Part shown: positions 36,253 to 47,900 of the stretch, piece by piece
How the letters are laid out: every line of letters starts with the position of its first letter
Position numbering within the stretch: the first letter of the stretch is position 1
Source: Macrostomum lignano
Lineage: Eukaryota
Length of the DNA: 64,000 bases
Direction: 5' to 3'
Assembly (NCBI GenBank): GCA_002269645.1
Contig: NIVC01002418.1
Location: 1 to 64,000 of the forward strand
Position numbers and translations under genes: made by a program
The notes under the pieces: model-generated
The model's input: the letters and a program-made list of their open reading frames with translations, nothing else
What the model was told of the DNA's origin: nothing
Database searches by the model: none

Positions 36253-37344
36253 TCAGTTTTGTTCCTTGGTACCGGAAAAAACGCGCGCGATTCATCGTTT
36301 ATTTTTTAAAGTTTTTTTAACTTTACGTGCTGCAGAAAGTTCAAACTTCTTATAAGGCACCATCTTGTGCAAAGTTCCCTTATGCAAATTATCTCGTACA
36401 CTAGCTGTGCACATCTACAAGTACGAACGTAGCTCAAAAATGCCCGAGTATTGAGTCGTTGGGTTTGTTTATTTTTAGTCCAAATTAAGCCAGCAAGCAC
36501 TTTGTTGCGTACAGTGGGGGTGTTTTTCCGGTTACCATGGGGGCAATGCCAACACACCGTATTATTGGGTACACGTTTAATACCTTATTATTAACCCAAG
36601 CAAACAGCTTTTATCTCGCAACAAACTTAGAAAACACCATAGGATAGGGGCGCGTCGCTTTTTAAGTCCTGTATGTTTATCGCTCTCCTTACGGCATGCT
36701 TCAATTTCGTACGTTGGTTCAACTTCATCTGATACTTATAGCTGGATTTGTTTGTGAGTAGCCTTTCATCAGACCCCTTGAATATTTGTCTGTAGGCATC
36801 ATTTTGGGCCTACATTTAATTACTGGTTACTGCTCACAACTCGAAGCATATATCCATATAGTGCTGTTGCTTAGATTACTTACTTTTCGAAGTAGGGTCC
36901 TCTACCCCTTTTATGGTACTTGTACTATGCATAAAATGAAATTTACATGTATATTTATTGTGTACTGTAAAGATTTTGGCCCTGCGACATCTCTAGATTT
37001 AACATTTTTTGTCAGCACTCATTTTGGCGCTCCATAGCTTTTGCATACCCCCCTTCAGTACCCCTTGTGGCGACGACCCTGCCTCATAATACGTACAATC
37101 GTGTTGTCTGATCTAAACGGATTTCGCAGATTACATGTAGCTATTTCGTGCATAGCGCTGAATGACGTTTCATCTTGTAGATTTGGTCCAGAAAAAATAA
37201 GAAAATACGCTAACAGAGATTAGGGAACAACTTGCTGTCCAGTAGTATTTTAAGAAAATAGACTTACTTGTGAATCAAACTTGGACAAAGCGCACACGAG
37301 TACGTGCACTTTAGTTATCTATGTTATATTGGAACTAATGTGCT

Positions 37345-37879
37345 AAAGCGCCCCTGCTCCAACTACTGCTAAAACAGGCTTTCAGTTGGCTATCGCCGAT
37401 TGCACTCAGTTTCTGTGTCTCGATGCTAGGAAGAATTTCAGCCTAGCGATGCTACCGTGCAAGGATGAGCAGGCGGCGGCGTGTACTCAGCAGTACCTGG
37501 ACCGCAGCTGCCACCCCAGCTTCTGTCCAAATCCGGACGATCGATTCGGAGACTTCCGCAGCAGGAGGATCATCGCCTTTGCCTGATCGATGCGCTGAAA
37601 GTCTGTCCCGCGAAGCCGAAGTCGAGGGACGCCGCCCAGCCGGGCGATTTCCAAATTAATCACAAACGTAAAGATGGACCACCGCCAACTACTCAAGCTG
37701 AGAGTTCTAATGCCATTGTAGCCATTGTCTGCCCTGTTATTGCTATTGTGCTAATTCTAACGATATTGGTTGCTCTGTATGTGCGGCATGTATGTGGGAA
37801 GCGAAGATCAAGGCAAGACAACGGCATGAGATCCAATGTTAGTGGCACCGAAGAACAGCTGAGTAAAAGCTTGACTTAA
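37345..37879 (+). CDS. Exon of a probable single-pass membrane protein (Cys-rich ectodomain, TM, short tail), frameshifted at ~37555
   Basis: Frame 1 has DCTQFLC...PC...CTQQY..SCHPSFC; frame 2 has RLCLIDALKVC...NAIVAIVCPVIAIVLILTILVALYV followed by RHVCGKRRSR (positive-inside rule). A candidate signal-peptide exon ATG...GFV|gtgagt at ~36696-36753 is tentative. Confidence 0.45.
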
Positions 37880-38278
37880 AAAGCACTTTCACTGATTTTC
37901 TTTATTAATCTCATTTTTACTTTTATTTTTCACCTCATTTTAACATCAAAATGTAACCGGTTCCGCAATTTTTTCATTTACATGTACATTTCTTACCTCG
38001 TAAGTTTGTGTTTGTGTCTTACTGTATTACTCTGCCCTAAAATAAACATCCTATCGGCTCTGGAATCTACGAGATACTACGAGATACTAAAAATGGTTTG
38101 CCCGTATCTATCTATCTGAGTTCACTCAATATTCGTACGTTTTGTACTTTTGGACGAGTTGGGCAAGCAATTGGCTTCACAGTGGGTCAATATGAAAATG
38201 ATTAAAAGCAGTATGAAGCTGGCTTCTACTCATTAATATACACCATTGTAGTCATTAAAAGCTTCGACTCCTGAATGG

Positions 38279-39911
38279 TCACAGCTTGGCTCCGCCTCCC
38301 CCTCCGCCGTCGAACCGTCCGCCCCGGCCGCGGCCGTCGCGCACAAAACCGGCAGTCCCAGCGGCCGCCTCCGCCAGCACTCGCTCGCCGCCGGTGAACT
38401 CCGCGGCCAGCCGGCTCAGTAGGCCGTCTGCATTGTTCCTGTCGTTCGTTGAACTGCCACAGTTGAAGTAGGCTGCTGCAACAGCTGATGCTCGGTCGGC
38501 TCGGGCGCAGGCCTGTAATACATTTAATAAGTATATTTTTTATTAATCTCCAGTTACGAACCTGAAAGTGCAAAATGTACTTAGTAACTTAGTAGCTTAG
38601 TAGCTTAGTAACTTAGTTAAATGTACTTATTGTTATTAGCAGTACGCCCCTTATGCAACCACGTGTCTGATTCTGAGTACATCTACATTTTCATACCCCC
38701 AGAATTTCTCCTCCCCCCACCAAAGATGTAAATTAAGGACATGTCTGAGAAAATCTACATCGGGGGAATCTATAGGTCAAAAGCGAAAAATGTCGAAAGA
38801 CAGTTCAAAACTCGCCACAGCATTCCGCATAGCTACTGTACAAGGATCAGCGCAGCTACAGAATTCAATGCTCTGCGACAGCCAACCTGCGGGAACGAGG
38901 CGATCTCCTCGGCCAGAGCCACCGCCGTCTGCAGAGCCTGGCCATCCGGACAGACTCGATTAGCCAAGCCCATCTCGGCCGCCTCCCGGGCGCCAACCGG
39001 CCGGCCAGTCAAGATGAGGTCCAGCGCTCTGGACAGGCCAATCAGCGCCGGCAGTCTCACTGTGCCTCCGTCGATTAGCGGCACCCCGAACCGGCGGCAG
39101 AACACTCCGAGGGTGGCAGATGCTTCCACAACGCGGAGGTCGCAGAGCAGCGCCAGTTCGAGGCCGCCAGCCACCGCGTATCCGCTGATGGCCGCCACGG
39201 AGGGCTTGCTGAGCCGCAGGCGGCTGGGACCCATTGGAGCCAAGCTGGCTTCATCTTGTTGAGGGATGGTTGTAGTTGATGGATTTGCGCGTAGAATCGT
39301 AGTAGAAGAGAAATTGCTGGTATGTACATATCTAAATGTTGGATAAAAACGTTACTTAGATGCCTGGTTTGAGCTTCGGTAGATACCGGATGTTGACGTG
39401 CTCCGTAATCTGATGAAGACTACAAAGGCAACATAAAAGAATTCTGTGTGTCGAAGGCACTGCAGAAACTCAGTGGTGACCAGCTTTGAAGCGAGCTGCA
39501 ACTCAATTAAGATGTACCTGCCTATACGAGCTGAGACTCCTGACCACAACATACAAGCGCACATGATGGCACGCACTCATACGGTGTACAGCGGCCCTGA
39601 CTTTCATCTAATAAGCTGAGACAGCTAGCGTGCCCCCTACCGGTTGCCACCGGGCCAAAGTGCGGCCTGACGCCATTCTCTGCGGCACCAAATTTAGCCG
39701 CCTCGGCCAAATCAAATCCGGAGCAGAAATTGCCGCCTCGGCCATGGAGCACCAGCACGCTGGACTCGGAGTCCTTTTCAAACTGCTTGAAAGCGGAGTA
39801 GAGCAGGCGGGCCAGCTCCGAGTTCACGCAGTTTCGCTTCTCTGGCCGGTTCAGACCAACAAGGAAGCAGCGGCCGGTTCTGGTCACTTCTAGCAGAGTC
39901 TGGGAGGCCAT
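38279..39911 (-). CDS. Enoyl-CoA hydratase/isomerase (crotonase) family protein; exons 39911-39641, 39254-38887, 38512-38279
   Basis: Motifs LNRPEKRNCVN, GNFCSGFDL, PMGPSR..LSKP.VAAISGYAVAGGLELALLCDLRV, and GVFCRRFGVPLIDGGTVRLP.LIG. Splice phases are consistent. Confidence 0.95.
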
Positions 39912-41972
39912 AAGTCTGCGTTGTACTTTTAGATTGCAATTCAGGCTTGAAAAGTCCGATGTGAGAGTTTAGTGTGTAAAAGTTTCGTTAAAAACTGGTT
40001 GAGCCATTTTTCTAAACTTATGACAAAGACAAACACTTCACTTTTAGCATATTGGAAGGCCCATACACATGTATTGTCTAGTGCTATGCTTGTTAGGTGT
40101 TTAAAAAGTGTTTTATTGTTTAACTGCACTGATTATTGCAAGCATAATAGTTATATTTTTAATGATAAGCTGGTAAAGGCTAGACACTAATCATGACTAT
40201 TTAGGTGTTCTGTGACTATATTATTATTGACTAGACTCAAACAATTATGTAATCAAGTAATACCAGAATGACAAGTGGGAAACATGGCTTTATAAGAAAA
40301 ATTCAAGAAATTCTTACAATGCAAGAAATTACTAAATGCTGACAAAAAGACAAGATAAAAATTTAAAATGTATATTACTTATTACATGATTGCCCAAACT
40401 AAACAGTACTATGTATATTAAGAGTAAATTTAAAAAAGGCTTGAAAGCTGTATTAGTGTGTAATTAAATTAATTATTAAACTAAGAACTTTCTTTTGAAG
40501 CTCAAGTTCCTTATTTATGTATACAAAAAACCACTTTAGAGAAAAAAGCTTTTAGAAAATCTACTAAATTAATGGAGTCATGGAAAAATATTTTAATTGA
40601 GGCAGTGAAACTTTATCCTAACAAAATGTGAGAAATTTTAATGACTGCAATCGAATTCAAAAGTTAAAGTAACTTTGATAAAATATTTCTATGATATTAC
40701 ATTATTACCTACCAATCACCACATTCATTCATTGTTGCAAAAGTTTAACCATCATAATAATTATTTAAAAAGTAATAATATATTATATAAATATTAATAA
40801 ATATTGTACCAGAAATTGATTCCGACGAGGGTTAGAATAATAGAAATATAGAATTATCAAAATATGCGGTGCAAAGAGGCGAGTATTAAAAAAGATCAAA
40901 GATGTAATTTAACTATAGTGAGCAGTGAGCACACGTGCAGAAACTGCATTTCAGATTTAAACGGAATGTAACTAGCGAAGCATTGTTAATGTTAACAAAA
41001 TTTACTAAGGATGGTAAGTTCGTGACAGCAACTATGCGTAAATTATTTTATTTCTTCGTTTAAACACAGTTTAATTAAATTTTACTTAGCTATTGCAACA
41101 TTCTAAATTTAATGTGCTTGGAGTACTCGCTATTCAATTTCTGCTACTCGTTTAGATTTAATTGCACGATTATCTATAAATTGATTATTAGAGGCTTTCT
41201 AGATTAGGGCTGGTCAGGAAATTATTCAAGCTGCTTCTTCGAACACACCAGGATATATAGTAGCACCGATAGAAAATTACCCTTTTGAATTTTTCGGTTT
41301 TCTGTGTCATTCCGTGTCGTGCCAATCAAAACTAACGATTGCTGAAAGTGTAATGGTTTAAAATGTCAATTTACAGCAATCAATTTTATTACTTTGTTGG
41401 TTTCCAGACTGATATTCAGTCTAACAGTATCTAGCAATCCAGAAACAGTATTTAGCAATATCAACTTGAACCATAAGATCCAATTCATCGACGTTTAGTT
41501 TATTTAAAATTATTTACGAATGCCTGCCATGTGTCCTTCGTTAGAAAACACAGAGTTTTTCAATAATTTCTCAAAACATTATTTAAAGAAATGATTCAAT
41601 TTATAGGTGTTTTTGCTACTCTATTTCTGTTAATTCTATTACTTTACTTTATAAGCAAGACTACCATCGTTTGAGTCTCTAATTGATAGAATATTGCTAT
41701 TCAGTAAAGGTCGGTATATTAATGCATTAATCACAACATTTTCTTTAAAACTTTGGAAGCCGTACCTTGTACACTTGCTGATTCATTATTTTCGTTTTTA
41801 TGCTAACGACTAGAATGAATTTGTTGAACAAGGAAATGCGGAATGATTACTGTGATATACATGTAAATCTACACTGCATGCAATTATGATTGAATCTGAA
41901 ATATTGGAATAAATCTCACAATGCTCTCTACAAACCTGCATTCAACCTTTTCCAGCAGCCAATACAGCAAGC

Positions 41973-44900
41973 ATGGACGACTGCACCTTGGAAAAGCTGG
42001 GTGTAAAGCCGGGCCCTTTAACACCCGCCTTTAACAAAGATGTCACCAGCTATTTCATCACGCTGGCTAGTGATGCTGAAGCCATTACCCTGGACCCGCG
42101 AACCAGCGACAATGGCGCCTCGTATGAGATTAAGGTAGTGCATCTGATCCTTGAATTTCAGCCAAAGTTTTCAATTGTTGGCTTTGTTTGAATAAAAAAA
42201 TTTCCTAAACTTGTCACAACAGGGCGGCGGAGACGGTGGCAAAACGGTTCCTGTAGAGCCAGGAGCGAAGCTCACTTTGACTATTCAGGTCACAGCAGAG
42301 GACGGTCAAACTACCAGGAATTATGTGATCGCTGTGAACCGACTCTCAGCCAAGGATGCCAGTTTGGCGTCCTTGACTGTTGGCCCGGAGGGCTGCCTGG
42401 AGCCCGCGTTCAGCCCGGAGCAGCTCAGCTACGAGTGTGAGGCGGGTTGGGGTGGCTGAATTATCGAGTGACATTCAGCCCTGATAAATAGGGATAACAG
42501 AATGGCAACTTGTGGTGTCCTCATAGAAGAGGAGAGAAGTATGGAAGATTCATAATTATTACCAACAGAGACAAAAATCTTAGAGGAGAGAGGGGAAAAA
42601 GCAAGAGAGAGAGAGAAGTAGAAGAGAGGGAGAAAGAGGGAGAGAGGTAGAGAGATAGAGAGGGAGAGAGGTAGAGGAGAGAGGGAGGAGAGGTAGAGAG
42701 AGGAGTAGAGAGGGAGGGAAGGAGAGAGATAAAGAGAGGGAGAGGGAGAAAGGGAGATAGGGAGAAGGATAGAGAGGTAGAGACGTAGAGGTAGAGGTAG
42801 AGGTAGAGGTAGAGAGATAATTAAGAGAGGTAGAGAGGTAAAGATAGTTAAAGAGGAGACAGGTAGTTGGCGCTTGAGAGTGTCAACTCAAGCCCATAAA
42901 ATCTGTATTCACTGCTCACCTTCAACCAGGCCAAGTTCCTTACTCAGCGACCACTCTAAAAGTGGAAGCGGCGGTCTCTGACCCGAAGATTGGGCTCACA
43001 GTTCAGGCGGACGCAATGTCCGACGGAGCGGTGACGCTAAATCTGGGTGCCACCAGCGTGCTGATTGAGGTCCGGTCTGCGGACGGATCAACGAAGCGGG
43101 TGAGAGTCCTCTCACCTGAAGATCCAACTGAACTAAAGATAATCTGAAGCAATCTTAGACGCTTAAAGACACCCAGGAAATGTTATCGATTCTTCTCTCC
43201 CCTCCTTTCTCCCTCCTCTCTACCCTCTTCTCTATCCTCCTCTCTCCCCTTTCTCCCCTCCTCTTTCCCCTCTTTCCCCTTTCTCTCCCATTCTCTTTCC
43301 CCTTTTCTCTCCCCTCCTCTCTCCCCTCCTCTCTCCCCTTCTCTTTCCCCTCTTCTCTCCCCTCCTCTCTCTCCCTCCTCTCTCTCCCTCCTCTCTCCCC
43401 TCTTCTCTCCCTACCTCTTCCCCTTTTCTCTCCCCTCTTCTATTTGCTCTCTCCACTCTCTCCTCTCTCCCCTCTTCAGTCCTCTTATCTTATACTTTTT
43501 ATCTCATCCTATATCTCACCTCTCCTCTCTTCTCTCTTCTATCATCTTCTATTCCCTGTCCTCTCATCCGACCTGCATCCTTGTTCTGGATTTTTTATCT
43601 GGCCTTTGAAGTAAAAAAGTTAGGCCAATCACTGGTTCAGTTTATAAATGGAGAATCTGTTTATAAAAATGCATACAAGAGACATGCAGGAACAGCTGAA
43701 AACTCAGTCACCCTATAAGGAATCAAGATACTCGCAGATACCACAGAATCCACTGAAGGCGCAGGTCCTCAACCGCACTCAAACAACTTAAACGCACGCA
43801 GCTGTACAGCCTCACCGTGCTCAGGGGCGCCTGTCCTCGGCACATTCAGTTGACCGACACCGCCGAAGCCGCCAGCTGGGAGGATCCGATCAGCCTGTCG
43901 CTGCTGCACCGGCCAGTCGGCCTGCCTTCGTCAGCCGACCCAGCTCAGCTGTACTCAGCCCAGCTTCTGGACGCCGCGTTCCGCCCGACTTGCACCGACC
44001 CTGCGGACGGTTCGCCGCTGCCACCGTCCGAGACTGCCAACGCGCCTACCGCAGCCAGTGGCGACATCAAGTGGCAGCCTCGTCCGGATGCCGCCGTCGA
44101 CGCTCGGCTGTCCGCCTGTCCGGCCGAGATCGTCGATTTGCGCGCCGGCGCCGGCGGGGCATCTACTCTGCGCGCCACAGCGGCGCGACAAATCGGCGCC
44201 GATCTAGCGGCGCAGACGTCGGCAAGTATGAGTGAGCTGCGCAAGAACTACCAGCACTGTAAGCCAGACGCCGCCACTGCGCCCGACGCCGCACGACAGT
44301 GGGAACGGCGGCTGAGGAACATCTTCGACGTCAGCGACGCCAAACAGTTGGTGGAAATGGGAGAAAAGAGCGCTCAGCAGTACCTGGACAGCCTGCCAGA
44401 GGATCCAGGTGAGGCCTCGATCGGCGCATGAATGAGGGCACGGTTTACAACTGGGGGAGAGAATCAAAGTTAGGTAGTCAGATGCACATAGAGGGAGAGG
44501 CTGATCAGATGTACGTCCAATTTTGGGCCATACTAGTTAAAGCAACAGGAGCTTTCACTCCTCTCATCCCTCGCAGCCATCAGCCGCAGCTACCCAGCCG
44601 GCAGCTCTCCGCAGGACCACCTGCTGCGAGCCTGCAACGCGTACGCTTGCGCCATCGATGCAGCCGGCAGCTCTGCGCCCAACCGCTGGCAGCTGCACCT
44701 GCGGCTCGGCCAGCTGCTCGAGGAGATGCAGCACTGCCAGGACGTGCGCGGAGTGAAAATCGCCGACGCAATGGCTGGCGACACTGGCGTTGCCACGTCC
44801 GCTGGCACGGACACCGCGGCTCTGGACAGCGCCAAGGAGGACGAGATCGACGCCATCTGCCGACTGCGCGGAGTGTCGGACAGCGCCGGACTTGGCGCCA

Positions 44901-47900
44901 AGCTGAGGGCGCTGGACGCCGAGATGCGGCATCTGAGGGACCAGGTGAGAAGGGCTAATCAGTAATTAAATCTCATAATCTCAATTAGCCTCATGAACCT
45001 TGGCAGCTCAATAGTTCCCCTCATGAGCCTTGACAGCTCAATAATTCCCCTCATGAGCCTTGACAGCTCAATAACTCCCTTTATGAGCCTTGGCAGCTCA
45101 GTAATTCCCCTCATGAGCCTTGACAGCTCAGTAATTCTCCTCATGAGCCTTGACAGCTCAATAACTCCCTTTATGAGCCTTGGCAGCTCAGTAATTCCCC
45201 TCATGAGCCTTGACAGCTCAATAATTCCCCTCATGAGCCTTGACAGCTCAGTAATTCTCCTCATGAGCCTTGACAGCTCAATAACTCCCTTTATGTGCCT
45301 TGGCAGCTCAGTAATTCTCCTCATGAGCCTTGGCAGCTCAATAATTCTCCCCATGAGCCTTGGCAGCTAAATAATTCCCCTCATGAGCCTTGACAGCTCA
45401 ATAATTCCCCTCATGAGCCTTGGCAGCTCAATAATTCCCCTCATGAGCCTTGGCAGCTCAATAATTTCCCTCATGAGCCTTGACAGCTCAATAATTCCCC
45501 TCTTGAGCCTTGAACTTTCAGCAATTCCCACTGAGCCACAGAATTTCAGCGATTTCCGCCATAAGCCATGACATCTTAACAATTTCCCTATGAACACAGT
45601 GGGGAATTCATTACGATCATCAATCGTCAGTATCATTATGACTGTAAATAAATCATCAGAAAGGCGATAGCAAGGTCCTCCGACTTAATCTAATTGGCTA
45701 AAAATTTCATTAACAAAACTGATTAGATCTAACTCACTGGTTGAGCATTGAATTCCTTCAAGGGCCAGAGCTCCAAGGCGGACTCAGTGCAGTCTCTGTT
45801 CCTGTGGAAGAGTCGCCAGGCCACGGCGGAGGGCGCCGCCCAGCAGAGGGCCGCGTCGTCCGAGTCGCCGCTATCGCATGCGCTGGACAAATACCGAGAC
45901 GCGCTCAGCCTGGCCGATTCCAATGGCGAGCTGCATTGCCACGTTGGAAGGCTAATGGTTGCTAGGGGCGAGTATGGGGAAGCCATTAGGTGAGATCATT
46001 TTTTAATACAATAAGTCGATTTCAGTTTCTTTAATTATAACAGGGAGGAGTTAAAACAAAGTTTTAAGTCTCTAAACTGAGTTGGGGCAGAGAGAAAAGG
46101 GGTTGTGCCCTTGGTGTCTGAACTGAGTTGGGGCAGAGAGGGAAGGGGTGGGTGGCTGAACTGTGTTGAGGCAGAGAGGGAATGGTTAGTGACAGAACTG
46201 TGTTGGGGCAGAGAGGGAAGAGGTCGGTGTCTGAGCTGTGTTGGGGCAGAGAGGAAAGGGGTGGGTGTCTGAACTGTGTTGGGGCAGAGAGGAAAGGGGT
46301 GGGTGTCTGAACTGAGTTGGGGCAGAGAGGGAAGAGGTCGGTGGCTGAACTGAGTTGGGGCAGAGAGGGAAGAGGTCGGTGGCTGAACTGAGTTGGGACA
46401 GAGAGGGAAGAGGTCGGTGGCTGAACTGTGTTGAGGCAGAGAGGGAAGGGGTGGGTGTCTGAACTGTGTTGGGGCAGAGAGGGAAGGGGTTGTTGTCTGA
46501 AATGGGTTGGGGCAGAGGGGGAAGGTGTGAGTGTCTGAACTGGGTTGGGGCAGAGAGGGAAGGGGTGGGTGTCTGCACTGTGCTGGGGGAGAGAGAGAAA
46601 GGGAGTGACGGGAGTGTGAGGGGGTTTCTGAATTGTGTGAGGGTCGAACGCTCTAACTACTCCAACCCTTTACTCGCAGACGTCTGGAGTCGGCCCTATC
46701 CTGGCAGCCGAATAACCCTGCTGCTCGTCTCTACCTCGGCGCAGCACTTGCACGGGATATTCTCCAGTCGGGCAAGGACTCCCAGCCGCCCAGAGCGCCG
46801 GAGGCGATCGACCTGCTGTGCGACGGGTTGGAGACGCTGCTGCAGCGGCTGCAGGTGAAGCCCGAGTCCAAACGGTGCCTGTTTGCTGAGGAGCCGCTGC
46901 AGCCGACGGACCACGCGCTGCTCAGAGCTGCCCTCTCTCTGGGCCAGCTGAATCCCGAGCAGCAGGGTCCGCTGCGGGCGGCCCGGCTGCACCAAGCCTG
47001 CCTGCTGATCTCGCGGGCTCTGGCGCTGCTGCCGCCGCGCTGCGAACGGCGCCAGCTCGTGCGCCGGCTTCTCATCGATTGCCACGCAGCGCTGCTGCCG
47101 TCGAATCGAAGCGCGACTGACGAGGCCGGTGAGCTGCTGCTGACGCGTCGCTGCCGTGGCCTGTCGGCGCTAATTGCCTCGGCCTCCTCGACAATGTCGG
47201 CGGATCCGGAGCTGGCAGCTCTGCAGCGCCGCGTTGCGGAGACTCTGGTCCGCACCAACCCTTTCTGGTCGCCTGCGCTCTGTCAGCTTGGCGCCGCTCA
47301 GCTGGCGCGGGCGGAAGCTACGACGGAGCCGACGGATGCTGAGGAGCGCCGGCGATGCCTGGCCGACGCCGAGGCGTCGCTGCGAACAGCCATCGAGCTG
47401 GAGGGCCGGCCGGCCGCGGGAACGACGCCACCGGAGCGGCTGAGCAGCCAGGACTGGTGGCAGCGGGCCGACGCCGAGGAAGCCAAAGCAAAAGCGGCAG
47501 TGGAAGCGCCGAAAGCGGCAGCCGCCGCTGCGCCGCCGGCAGCTGCTGCAACTGTGCCTGCAGGTCGAGGCGGTGCCAGAGGTGTGGACCTCAATTGTAA
47601 AGTGCTTTCTGTATGCAGCTAGGGAAATAAAGTGCATCGTTGCCATGCCCATCAGTTGAGGTTTGCCCAATGTCGCCACAGCCCAGAAGCTCTGTCTAGC
47701 TAAAGGCCAGTGGCCGCCAAAGTCAGAGATGATGCCCAGAGACAGGGTTAAAGCTCATTATTATCTAATCATTGATTTTGCGCAGGTGGCGCCAGAGGTG
47801 GCGCTGCTCAGGCAGGGAGAGGCGCTGCCACCGCGCCAGCTCCTAGTAGAGGCGGCGCTGCCGCAAGAGGTGGCGCCACAAGAGGTGGCGCTGCTGCAAG

